Source of the DNA: a bacterium
GTDB lineage: Bacteria > J088 > JAWLBW01
Assembly (NCBI GenBank): GCA_041690355.1
Contig: JAWLHK010000001.1
Coordinates: 186,001-250,000 of the forward strand
Reading direction: 5' to 3'
DNA: 64,000 nucleotides
Part shown: positions 19,539 to 28,714 of the stretch, one piece after another
Layout of the letters: each line of letters starts with the position of its first letter
Numbering within the stretch: position 1 is the stretch's first letter
Position numbers and translations under genes: made by a program
Notes under the pieces: model-generated
Told to the model about the DNA's origin: nothing
Databases searched by the model: none
What the model saw: the letters and a program-made list of their open reading frames with translations, nothing else

Positions 19539-20195
19539 ATGGAACACATGTACTTCCGCAAAAAACTCGAAATTCCCGCCCCGGGCCAGGCACTCCCGGG
19601 GCGGCGCGAAGAAATGCCGGTGCCGCCGCGGCACGAGGTGCTCGGCACTCCGCTGAAGCCGCCCTTCCCCGCGGGCTTTCAGCAGGCCGTCTTCGGCATG
19701 GGCTGCTTCTGGGGGGCAGAGCGCAAGTTCTGGCAGGCCCCCGGCGTCTACACGACCGCGGTCGGGTACGCGGGGGGCGATACGCCGAATCCGACCTACG
19801 AGGAGACCTGCTCGGGCATGACCGGCCACACCGAGGTCGTGCTCGTGGTCTGGGATCCGGAAAAGACGGACTTCGACGCCATGCTGCGCCTCTTCTGGGA
19901 GAACCACGATCCGACGCAGGGGATGCGGCAGGGGAACGACGTGGGCACGCAGTACCGTTCGGCGATCTATGCGAGCACCGAAGAGCAGCTGCGCCTTGCG
20001 CTGGCGAGCCGCGCAATCTACGAGCCGCGCCTGCAGGAGGCGGGGCTCGGCACGATCACGACGGAGATCCGCATGGCGCCGCCGTTCTACCATGCAGAGC
20101 CGTATCACCAGCAGTATCTCGCCAAGAACCCGGGCGGATACTGCGGCCTGGGCGGAACCGGCGTCGCCTGTCCGGCAAGCTGGCAGATTCCCTGA
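19539..20195 (+). CDS. msrA: Peptide methionine sulfoxide reductase A
   Basis: [45 protein letters not shown]. Confidence 0.97.
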   Translation: MEHMYFRKKLEIPAPGQALPGRREEMPVPPRHEVLGTPLKPPFPAGFQQAVFGMGCFWGAERKFWQAPGVYTTAVGYAGGDTPNPTYEETCSGMTGHTEVVLVVWDPEKTDFDAMLRLFWENHDPTQGMRQGNDVGTQYRSAIYASTEEQLRLALASRAIYEPRLQEAGLGTITTEIRMAPPFYHAEPYHQQYLAKNPGGYCGLGGTGVACPASWQIP

Positions 20196-20272
20196 CAGCC
20201 GCGCCGCCGGCAGGATAGAATCAGCAGTTCGATCCGCTGATTCGCGGAACGCATTCCAACCGAGGATTCCGC

Positions 20273-20962
20273 ATGCCGCATCCCGCTCCCCGTCTTTTCG
20301 TCGCCGGCGCCACGGGCGTCGTCGGCGCCGAGGTCGTCGCCCGCGCCCGGACCGCGGGGATTTCCGTCACGCCCCACCTGCGCCCCCGGCGGGCGGCAGG
20401 GAACCCCCTCGGAGCCGATCCGGCGGCGGCAGTCTTCGATCTGGACGATCACGCGCGGCTCGTCGAAGCGATGCGCGGGCATACCGCCGTGCTGCAGCTC
20501 ATCGGCACGATGCGCAAACGGTTCAAGCAGGGCGATACCTACGAAACGAGTGATATCGGCACGACGCGCCTGCTCGTTGCGGCGGCACGGGAAGCCGGCG
20601 TTCCGCACGTCGTCGCGCTGACGTCCGTAGGGGCGGGACGGCCGGTCGGCACCTATCTGAAGGCGAAGGCCGAAGTCGAGCGCATCGTTACCGGTTCGGG
20701 CCTGCGCCACGACTTCTTTCGCCCGTCGTCGTTCATCGGCGGACCCCACCGGCCGCCGCCGGGCATGGCCGCCGCGCTGAACGCCGCCGCGGCCGCGGGC
20801 CTGCGGGGGACGGCGGCGCGCTTCCGCCCCATTCCGGTTCCCGACCTGGCGCGTTCGATTCTGCTCGCGGCGGTAGAGCCGGGTGACGGCGACCGGATCT
20901 TCGAGGGCGTAACCCTCTGGGCGCAAGTGGATGCGGCCCGAAGACGATTCGGAGCCTCGTAG
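20273..20962 (+). CDS. NAD(P)-binding atypical SDR/epimerase-like protein
   Basis: VAGATGVVG, YLKAKAEVE, RPSSFIG. Confidence 0.85.
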   Translation: MPHPAPRLFVAGATGVVGAEVVARARTAGISVTPHLRPRRAAGNPLGADPAAAVFDLDDHARLVEAMRGHTAVLQLIGTMRKRFKQGDTYETSDIGTTRLLVAAAREAGVPHVVALTSVGAGRPVGTYLKAKAEVERIVTGSGLRHDFFRPSSFIGGPHRPPPGMAAALNAAAAAGLRGTAARFRPIPVPDLARSILLAAVEPGDGDRIFEGVTLWAQVDAARRRFGAS

Positions 20963-21029
20963 GGGCTGGCCGCTGAGGGCTGGACGCTGGCGGCAATCGT
21001 CAATCGTAATTCTGCAAATCGCCTCGATC

Positions 21030-21058
21030 CGTCACTCGTCACTCGCAACTCGTCACTT
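21030..21058 (-). repeat. 29-bp GTGACGA-heptamer element
   Basis: AAGTGACGAGTTGCGAGTGACGAGTGACG, identical to 60943-60971 and one mismatch from 62908-62936. Confidence 0.8.
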
Positions 21059-21509
21059 CGGCGAAAGTGGCAGCCTGGCCTCGAAAGACGCCGGCGGCGT
21101 CAATCAGGTTCCACACCGTCGCGCGGCGGATGCGGAAGCGGGGGCCGCTCTTCGCGATGCGAACCCCCGCGTAGTCGTCGATGTAGCCCTTCGCGGTTAC
21201 GGCCGCGAGCAGGCGCGCCCGTTCGTCGCGGTTCACGGGTTCTGCGGAGAAGCGCGAAGGAAGCGCCACGAATTCCGCCCAGGTCATTTCAAACCGGGCC
21301 AGCGCGCTCGCGTTGCCGTAGTTGAAAACCGGATCGGCCTCTATCCCGTGCGAGACCACGACGAAGGGCGCGCGAAAAAGCGCTTCGGCTCGCGCCCGGG
21401 GGTCGGCCGGCGCATCGGCCAGCAGTGGCCGGCCGGTGACACGAAGGTGGCTGTCGAGCAGCAGATCGGTTTGCGCAATCAGCGCGCCGGCATCCGGTTC
21501 AGGCAGCAT
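21039..21509 (-). CDS. MEKHLA-domain protein
   Basis: LFRAPFVVVSHG..DPVFNYGN, LPSRFSAEP, GYIDDYAGVRI, VWNLID. Confidence 0.9.
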   Translation of the reverse strand: MLPEPDAGALIAQTDLLLDSHLRVTGRPLLADAPADPRARAEALFRAPFVVVSHGIEADPVFNYGNASALARFEMTWAEFVALPSRFSAEPVNRDERARLLAAVTAKGYIDDYAGVRIAKSGPRFRIRRATVWNLIDAAGVFRGQAATFAEVTSCE

Positions 21510-22410
21510 CGGGGGATTCGTTCCAGGCCGCGAGGGCGCGCTGCGCGATTGCTTCGCCCCACTCCTGCACGAAGTGGCCCGCCTCGTCGACCTCCATCGC
21601 CGGCGGGCAGTTGCCGATCCAGCTGCGCAAGAGGGTCATCACCTCGCCGCCGAGTACGGGGTCCTGCAGGCCCACGGCCATGAACGTCTTCCCCTTCCAC
21701 TCGTTCTGCCACCAGTCGCGCGCGCGGCGGGAAATGGCGGCCCCCGGCGCATCGGGACGGTCGGGCACCAGGGCGGGAAACCGGCGCACCCCCGCCTTAT
21801 AGCGAGCGTCGGGAAACGGTGCATCGTACGCGCGACGCTCCTCGGCGGTCAGGTGCGGACAGGCGCGACCGAGCAGCTTGCCGACGGGCAGGTCGGGCGT
21901 CGCGGAGACATAGCCGCGCCAGGCTTCGAAGCCGGGGGTGAGCGCAACGTCACCCGTCCCGAGCGCCGTGTTCATGACGAGCAGCCGCGAGAACCGTTCG
22001 GGCATGTCCGGCGGGAGCGTGAGCCCGAGCAGCCCGCCCCAGTCCTGACAGACGAGTGTTATATTCCGCAGATCGAGCCGCCGGATGAATTCCAGGAGCA
22101 GGTTGCGGTGGAATTCGAACGTGTAGACCTCGTCGTCGACCGGTTTGTCAGATCTGCCGAACCCGAGCATGTCAGGGGCCACGACGCGGGCACCGGACCC
22201 GAGAAACGCAGGGATCATCTTGCGGAACAGGAACGCCCACGTCGGCTCGCCGTGAATGCACAGAAACGTCTCGGCGGCATCGGCCGGCCCCTCGTCGACA
22301 TAGTGCACGCGCATCCCCTCGTAACCGGGAAGGTCGTCGACGTAATGGGGCGCATACGGAAAATCGGGGAGGTCGGCAAAGCGTTCATCAGGCGTGCGCA
22401 GAATTTCCAC
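21499..22410 (-). CDS. Haloalkane dehalogenase
   Basis: LRTPDERF, HGEPTW, GFGRSDKP, QDWGG (Asp nucleophile), AGHFVQE. Confidence 0.92.
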   Translation of the reverse strand: MEILRTPDERFADLPDFPYAPHYVDDLPGYEGMRVHYVDEGPADAAETFLCIHGEPTWAFLFRKMIPAFLGSGARVVAPDMLGFGRSDKPVDDEVYTFEFHRNLLLEFIRRLDLRNITLVCQDWGGLLGLTLPPDMPERFSRLLVMNTALGTGDVALTPGFEAWRGYVSATPDLPVGKLLGRACPHLTAEERRAYDAPFPDARYKAGVRRFPALVPDRPDAPGAAISRRARDWWQNEWKGKTFMAVGLQDPVLGGEVMTLLRSWIGNCPPAMEVDEAGHFVQEWGEAIAQRALAAWNESPDAA

Positions 22411-22440
22411 GGACTCTTCCTTTCTTGTGACGCACCGGTG

Positions 22441-23301
22441 TCATCGGTTCCCCAGCGCAATCTTCCAGACCGTTTCGGGATCGAGGCACGAGCGGGTTCC
22501 ATCGGCATTGCGGGGCGCGCCGCCCACGGTGGAGCCGCCGCCCCAGCCGGGCTCGACGGCGTGCAGGGCCGCCAGCAGGCCGGGGACGTCGAAAGCGACG
22601 AATTCACTCCGCTTGGCGATCGTGTAGGCGCGCGAGGCGTCCTTCGCCGGCAGCGTGGCGATGAGCACCTGCCACCCGTCGGCGTAGGCGAGGCCCATCA
22701 TTTCGCGGTCTCCTTCGATGAGCGCCATGTTTCCCTCCGAAAACAGCACGCGGTAGGGCGCCGGCGCGGCGATTTCGGCCGCGGGAAATCCGGCGTTCAC
22801 CCAGGCCCCGGTCGCACGCAGGGATTCATCGAGCAGGCCACGGATGCTCTCGCCGCCGTACGTCCCCTTGCGCCGGGCATTGCGCTCTGCCTCGAGGATC
22901 GCTTCGAGGTACGTGCGCGCGAGCCGGTGGTCGGCTTCGGGCAGCGGATAGGCGGGGCCGTGCGCGTCGATCTTTCCCACCGCTTCGACAAGCCGACGGA
23001 CGGCCGGATCGGCGGCTTTGTCCGGGTGCGAGAGGAGAAAAACGGACAGCACCGTATCGGCGTCGACATCATTGACGTAGACGCGAAATCCATCCGGATC
23101 GAAGCCGACGAGCAGGGCGTCGAGCACCTGGACACAGGTGGCGCTCGTCGCGTGGCGCACGCAGTCTTCGTGGTGGTCGAACGAATAGCGCCGGCCGGCC
23201 GCATCGATCTGCGGGCCGCGCACGAAGCCGTCGAGCGCGATGCTCCCTTCGGGAAGATCCGCGAGGCGGGCGACGCGGCCGAAGTCCACGATCAGTTCCA
23301 T
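22441..23301 (-). CDS. Hypothetical DHH-motif protein (putative metal-dependent phosphoesterase)
   Basis: ALDG, FDHH, NDVDAD, IDAHG, GWGGGSTVGGAPR. Confidence 0.65.
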   Translation of the reverse strand: MELIVDFGRVARLADLPEGSIALDGFVRGPQIDAAGRRYSFDHHEDCVRHATSATCVQVLDALLVGFDPDGFRVYVNDVDADTVLSVFLLSHPDKAADPAVRRLVEAVGKIDAHGPAYPLPEADHRLARTYLEAILEAERNARRKGTYGGESIRGLLDESLRATGAWVNAGFPAAEIAAPAPYRVLFSEGNMALIEGDREMMGLAYADGWQVLIATLPAKDASRAYTIAKRSEFVAFDVPGLLAALHAVEPGWGGGSTVGGAPRNADGTRSCLDPETVWKIALGNR

Positions 23302-23491
23302 CCGTTCAGTCTGGCAAAAAGACGCAAGCGGCTCAACGATTTCTTCGCCGCAATCCACCGGCATGGCCGCGAACGGGCCGCTCCCGCGTAGCCGGCCTTC
23401 GCAGGCCGATCGGCAGGTGCCCGGGGCGCTCACCCTGTGGTATGCTTTTGGACCGACCCACCGGTCTCACCAGACGTACAGGGAGTGATGC

Positions 23492-25114
23492 ATGGCTGAT
23501 CGCGCCTATCAGGCTGAAATCGTCATTGCCGGCGGCGGCCTGGCCGGGATCGTCGCGGCCTATGAGCTGCTCGATCACGGCAAGAAGGTCCTGCTCATCG
23601 ACAAGGATAAGGCCGAAAAGTTCGGCGGACTCGCGAAGGAGTCCTTCGGCGGCGTGCACATCATCGGCACGCCGCACCAGCGGCGCATGGGCATCAAGGA
23701 CAACCCCGAGCTCGCCTACCAGGACTGGCTGAGCTTCGCCGAATTCGGAGCGGACGACGAGCTGCCGCGACAGTGGGCGAAGTTCTACTGCGAGAACTCG
23801 CTCGAATACATCTTTCACTTCCTCGACAAGAAGAAGGTCGAGTTTCTCCCGCTGGTGAACTGGCCCGAGCGCGGCCTGTACCGTCCCGGCAACTCGGTCC
23901 CGCGCTGGCACATCACCTGGGGAACGGGGAAGGAACTGATCGCCCGGCTGGTGGCGGCGCTCGATGCGCACCCGAAGCGCGGCAACCTCGAGATTCTTTT
24001 CGACCACGAAGTGAACGCCATTGATCTCAGCGACGGGAAAGCGGTGGCCTTCCGCGGCAAGTCGATGGTCGACGGTTCCGCCTACACCGCGACGGGCGAA
24101 CATCTGATCATCGCTTCGGGGGGCATCTGCGGCGGCGACCTGAGCAAGGTGCGCGCGAACTGGTACAAGCCGTGGGGCAATCCCCCCGAGGTTCTGCTCA
24201 ACGGCGCGCACATCTACGGCGACGGCATGCTGCACGATCGCGTCAGCGAGCTCGGCGGCAACGTCACGCACCTCGACAAGCAGTGGCACTATGCCGCCGG
24301 GGTGCACCACCCGGCGAAGCGCAAGGAGCGCGACGGGCTCAGCCTGGTGCCGCCGCGATCGGCGCTCTGGATGAACGCGCGCGGCGAACGCATCGGCCCG
24401 GTGCCGCTCGTCGGCTACGCCGATACGCGCTGGCTGGTGGAATCGATTCTCAAGCAGCCGGGCCAGTACTCCTGGCAGGTCATGAACTACAAGATCGCCG
24501 CCAAGGAGCTGGCGGTCTCGGGCAGCGACTTCATGCGCGCCTTCGCCGAGAAGAGCAAGCCGCTGCTGCTGCAGCACCTGCTCTTCGGAAACAAGGAGCT
24601 CGTGGAACGGCTGCTTCAGGAATGCCCCGACGATGTCGTCGCGGCCGAGACGCTTCCCGAACTGGTCGATAAGATGAACCAGCGCAGCCTCTTCGGCCAC
24701 AAGGTCGACCTGCAGCGCATGGAGGCCGACATCCGCGCTTACGACGACATGATCGACCGCGGCGAAGCCTTCTTCAATGACGACCAGCTGCGGCGCATCA
24801 TGAATTACCGCACGAACCGCGGCGACCGCATCCGCACGTGCAAGTATCAGAAGATCCTCGATTCCGGCGCGAAGCCGCTCATCGCCATCCGCGAGTTCAT
24901 CCTGGCGCGTAAAAGCCTTGGCGGCATTCAGACCGACCTCGGGTGCCGCGTGCTGCGCGCCGACGGGCAGCCCATTCCCGGCCTCTACGCGGTCGGTGAA
25001 GCCGCCGGCTTCGGTGGCGGCGGCATTCACGGTCTGGGATCATTGGAAGGAACTTTTCTCGGCAGCTGCGTCCTGACGGGGCGCGTGGCCGGTCGAACCA
25101 TCGCAGGAGCCTGA
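23492..25114 (+). CDS. FAD-binding dehydrogenase (KsdD-like/FAD_binding_2 family)
   Basis: GGGLAG, NSVPRWHITWGTG, KSLGGIQTDL, GLYAVGEAAGFGGGG, LEGTFLG. Confidence 0.9.
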   Translation: MADRAYQAEIVIAGGGLAGIVAAYELLDHGKKVLLIDKDKAEKFGGLAKESFGGVHIIGTPHQRRMGIKDNPELAYQDWLSFAEFGADDELPRQWAKFYCENSLEYIFHFLDKKKVEFLPLVNWPERGLYRPGNSVPRWHITWGTGKELIARLVAALDAHPKRGNLEILFDHEVNAIDLSDGKAVAFRGKSMVDGSAYTATGEHLIIASGGICGGDLSKVRANWYKPWGNPPEVLLNGAHIYGDGMLHDRVSELGGNVTHLDKQWHYAAGVHHPAKRKERDGLSLVPPRSALWMNARGERIGPVPLVGYADTRWLVESILKQPGQYSWQVMNYKIAAKELAVSGSDFMRAFAEKSKPLLLQHLLFGNKELVERLLQECPDDVVAAETLPELVDKMNQRSLFGHKVDLQRMEADIRAYDDMIDRGEAFFNDDQLRRIMNYRTNRGDRIRTCKYQKILDSGAKPLIAIREFILARKSLGGIQTDLGCRVLRADGQPIPGLYAVGEAAGFGGGGIHGLGSLEGTFLGSCVLTGRVAGRTIAGA

Positions 25115-25115
25115 C

Positions 25116-26906
25116 ATGTCGAATGTCACCACCAGTCCCGCCCAGAAGAAAACAGTGCGCCTCGGCTCGAAGAAGAGCGGCGCGTGGCTGCTGCGCTACG
25201 CCCTCGAGCAGCTGCCGGTCTCGCACACGTTCGGCATTCCCGGCGTGCACACGACCGAACTCTACGACGAGTTGAACAAATCGGAGAAGATCCATCCGGT
25301 GCTCGTCACGCACGAGGCAGGGGCGGCCTTCATCGGCGACGCCATCAGCCGCACGAGCCCCAACGGAGAAATCGGCGTGCTCGTCATCGTACCGGCGGCC
25401 GGCCTCACGCACGCCATGAGCGGCATCGGCGAAGCCTATCTGGATGGCATCCCGCTGCTCGTCATCTCGGGGGGCACGCGCACCGACATCCCCTTCGGAT
25501 ACCAGCTGCACGAGCTGGATCAGCACAAGATCCTGGCCGGACTCACGAAGGCGTCCTACAAGATCGACAACCACAAGGACATCGTCTCGACGGTGTACGA
25601 GGCATACCGCGTGGCCACGACCGGCTCCCCGGGCCCGGTGTTCATCGAGGTGCCGGTCAACGTCCAGCTGTTCCAGGGCGAGATCGACGAGGTGCCGGTC
25701 TTCGAAAAGCCGTGGCCCGAAGTGAAGTCCCCCGAAACCGCCTTCGCACAGGCGGCCGATCTGCTCGCGAACGCGAAGAAGCCGGCCATCTTCGTCGGCT
25801 GGGGCGCGGTCGACGCCGCCGAAGAGACGCGCCAGATCGCCGAGATGCTCGGCGCGCCGGTCTCGACCACGTTGCAGGGGCTGAGCGCCTTTCCGGGCAA
25901 TCACCCGCTGCACACGGGCATGGGCTTCAGCAAGGCGGCCGTCCCCGCCGCCGAAAACGCCTTCAAGGACGCCGATTGCATTCTCGCGGTCGGCACGCGC
26001 TTCGGCGAAATTCCGACGGGCAGCTTCGGCGTGACCGTGCCCGAGAACCTGATTCACATCGACATCGATCCGCAGGTTCCCAACCGCAACTTTCCTGCCA
26101 AGGTCGCCATCGAGGGGGATGCGCGCAAATCGCTCTCCATGCTGCTCGAGCGGCTCAAGGGGAAAGGGGTTGAGAACCCCGAGCGGCGGAAACAGGTCGA
26201 GGCGCAGATCGCCGGCGACAAGAAGGCGTACAAGGAAGAGTGGTACCGCCACGTGAACGAGCGGGTGAACCCCGCCATGTTCTTCGACGAGCTGCGCAAA
26301 CAGCTTGCCGACGACGCCATCGTCGTCGTCGACGACGGCAACCACACCTTTCTGGCGGCGGAGCAGTACGAGGTGCGCAGGCCGCGCCACTTCATTTCGC
26401 CCACCGACTTCAACTGCATGGGCTACTGCGTGCCGGCCGCCATCGGCGCGAAGCTCGTGAACCCCGACAAGCAGGTCGTAGGCATCGTCGGCGACGGCGC
26501 CTTTCTCATGACCGGCCTCGAGATTCTCACGGCCACGACCGAAGGGGCGGGCATCGCCTACTTCGTTTTCTATGATGGGGAGCTGTCGCAGATCAGCCAG
26601 GGGCAGGAGATTCCGTACAACCGCAAGACCTGCACCGTGCTCGGAAACATCCGCCTCGAGGGGATCGCGATGGCCACCGGCGCCCGCTACGTCACGATCA
26701 ACAGCAACACCGAGCTCCAGAAGGGGATCCGCGAGGCGCTGGAGATTACGAAGTCGGGCCAGCCGGTGGTCGTGGACGTGCGCATCGATTACTCGAAGCG
26801 CACCCGCTTTACCCAGGGGGTCGTGAAGACCGTTCTCAAGCGGTTCCCCCTCGGCGACAAGTTCCGCTTCATCGGCCGCGCCGTGGTGCGCAAGGTCACC
26901 GGCTGA
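25116..26906 (+). CDS. Thiamine pyrophosphate-dependent enzyme (acetolactate synthase large subunit-like)
   Basis: FGIPG, THE, PGPVFIEVP, MGYCVPAAIGAK, GDGAF. Confidence 0.9.
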   Translation: MSNVTTSPAQKKTVRLGSKKSGAWLLRYALEQLPVSHTFGIPGVHTTELYDELNKSEKIHPVLVTHEAGAAFIGDAISRTSPNGEIGVLVIVPAAGLTHAMSGIGEAYLDGIPLLVISGGTRTDIPFGYQLHELDQHKILAGLTKASYKIDNHKDIVSTVYEAYRVATTGSPGPVFIEVPVNVQLFQGEIDEVPVFEKPWPEVKSPETAFAQAADLLANAKKPAIFVGWGAVDAAEETRQIAEMLGAPVSTTLQGLSAFPGNHPLHTGMGFSKAAVPAAENAFKDADCILAVGTRFGEIPTGSFGVTVPENLIHIDIDPQVPNRNFPAKVAIEGDARKSLSMLLERLKGKGVENPERRKQVEAQIAGDKKAYKEEWYRHVNERVNPAMFFDELRKQLADDAIVVVDDGNHTFLAAEQYEVRRPRHFISPTDFNCMGYCVPAAIGAKLVNPDKQVVGIVGDGAFLMTGLEILTATTEGAGIAYFVFYDGELSQISQGQEIPYNRKTCTVLGNIRLEGIAMATGARYVTINSNTELQKGIREALEITKSGQPVVVDVRIDYSKRTRFTQGVVKTVLKRFPLGDKFRFIGRAVVRKVTG

Positions 26907-26936
26907 CCGGCCGGGAAGAACCTGTTATTTCATGGA

Positions 26937-26968
26937 CCGGCCTTCCCCGCGGGGGAGGCCGGCTTTTT
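26937..26968 (+). terminator. Intrinsic terminator
   Basis: CCGGCCTTCCCC-gc-GGGGGAGGCCGG-CTTTTT. Confidence 0.75.
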
Positions 26969-27021
26969 GCAGCTACGAACAGTCGTTGACGCCGTCCCTG
27001 ATGTGCGTCAAAATGTATAAC

Positions 27022-27261
27022 ATGAAGACGGCCACTGTCCGACAGATTCAGCACAACCTGAACGAGGTCCTCGGCTGGGTCGAAAACGGCGAAGAGGTTC
27101 ATGTTTTTCGACGCAGGAAACTGGTCGCAAAGCTTGTTCCTGCCGTAGCATCCACGGTCGATTCGCCGGACTTCCTGGCTCGAGCCGAAAAGGTGTGGGG
27201 GGAGCGCCCCGGTGGAAAACCCTTGAGCGAGATCGTCTCCGAAGACCGCGGAGAACGGTGA
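27022..27261 (+). CDS. Phd/YefM-family antitoxin
   Basis: MKTATVRQIQHNLNEVLGWVENGEEVHVFRRRKLVAKLVP; GTGA overlap with the PIN gene. Confidence 0.85.
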   Translation: MKTATVRQIQHNLNEVLGWVENGEEVHVFRRRKLVAKLVPAVASTVDSPDFLARAEKVWGERPGGKPLSEIVSEDRGER

Positions 27262-27686
27262 TCTACCTCGATACCGGCTGTCTCCTGAAGCTTTACCATC
27301 CGGAGCCGGAGAGTGCTCGCGTGGCAGCTCTCGTTGCGCACCGGACCATCGCATTCACGACCCTTCACGAACTCGAGATAACGAACGCATTCGAGCTGAA
27401 ACGATTTCGAAAGGAAGCGACATCAAGCCAGGTACGTGCCGCCCTTGCGATGATCGACGAAGATGTCCGCAAGGGAGTGCTTGTCCGACGAACGCTTGAC
27501 TGGGAAGCCGTGCATCAGGAGGCAGCCATGGTTTCTCGGGCACACACGGGCAAGACAGGATGCAGATCACTCGATCTCCTGCACTGCGTTGCTACGGGTA
27601 AATTGGGGTTGACCACTTTCGTTACGACGGATGCTCGACAGCGCAGGGTCGCGCTGAAGCTCGGGCTGCGCTGCCCGGTGGTTTAA
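27258..27686 (+). CDS. vapC: VapC/PIN-domain toxin
   Basis: IYLDTG, ELE, RSLDLLH, FVTTDARQ. Confidence 0.88.
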   Translation: MIYLDTGCLLKLYHPEPESARVAALVAHRTIAFTTLHELEITNAFELKRFRKEATSSQVRAALAMIDEDVRKGVLVRRTLDWEAVHQEAAMVSRAHTGKTGCRSLDLLHCVATGKLGLTTFVTTDARQRRVALKLGLRCPVV

Positions 27687-28714
27687 CCCGCGACCCGCTC
27701 GGGCCCCTTCGCCACGGCCGACCACACGTCACCCACGTCGACCGGCTCGAACGGCTGCGTGGCAAAGCGTGCGCGGCACAATTCATATACCGTCCGGTTG
27801 ATCGGCGCGGGGGTCCCCGTCTTTTCCGCCAGCTCCAGAAGATGGCCGGTGAGGGTCTCGAGCTCCGTATCGTCGGTTCCGCGGGCGATGTCCTGCGCCA
27901 TGCTGTTGATGCGCTGCTTCGCCAGATTCTTCTGGAACGCCTTGCGGGTCAGAAACGGCGGCAGCTTCGCCCCCGCCTTCATGAGCAGCCAGGTGGGAAT
28001 GCCGGGGACCTTGTACTCACGGCAGCCGGCCGCGCGCACGACGTCGATCCCTTCGCTCGTGATCCCGGTCATCAGCTTCTGGAAGAGCACCGGATCCGAC
28101 GGCGGCCGGGCGGGGTAGCCGACGAGCGTCGTGAGCGAGCTCGTCAGATTCACGATCAGCTTGGAATAGACGGCGTCATTCAGCCGATCGGTCACGTAAG
28201 TGTCGACGACGCCGTCGAACAGGCGAGCTGCTTCTTCCAGCAGAGCCTTCCGGTCGGCTTCTGCCGCGAGCACGAGGGGACCCTTGCGCGCGTAGCCGAT
28301 CACGCCCGGCGCGTCGGCCCAGGCGTTGTAGTGGACGATGCCGTAAACCGTGCGCGGAAAAACGGGCGGAAGGATCCGGCGATGTTCCGTTCCGTTCTGC
28401 AGCGCGATCACGAGGGGACCTGCGCCCCAGGCCGCCGCGAGGGTGGCCGCCAGCTCGGCGAGATGGTAGTTCTTGACGGCCAGCAGCACGACGTCGGGGG
28501 CCGGAATATCTGCCGCGCGCTCCCGCACGCCGACCGTCATGGTCGCGCCCCCACTGGCCGCTTCTCCCGGATAGAGGCGCAGCCCGCGCGCGCGCAGGGC
28601 GTGCGCCGTTTCTCCGCGGGCGAGAAAGGTGACGTTGCGCCCGGCCTGCTGCAGCCAGCCGCCCAGCGATCCGCCCACGGCGCCGGCGCCGACGATGACG
28701 ATGCGGGGACTCAT
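27683..28714 (-). CDS. Ketopantoate reductase (ApbA/PanE) family protein
   Basis: IVGAGAVGG, LAVK, LQNG, KLIVN, NSMAQD, TELE. Confidence 0.88.
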   Translation of the reverse strand: MSPRIVIVGAGAVGGSLGGWLQQAGRNVTFLARGETAHALRARGLRLYPGEAASGGATMTVGVRERAADIPAPDVVLLAVKNYHLAELAATLAAAWGAGPLVIALQNGTEHRRILPPVFPRTVYGIVHYNAWADAPGVIGYARKGPLVLAAEADRKALLEEAARLFDGVVDTYVTDRLNDAVYSKLIVNLTSSLTTLVGYPARPPSDPVLFQKLMTGITSEGIDVVRAAGCREYKVPGIPTWLLMKAGAKLPPFLTRKAFQKNLAKQRINSMAQDIARGTDDTELETLTGHLLELAEKTGTPAPINRTVYELCRARFATQPFEPVDVGDVWSAVAKGPERVAG

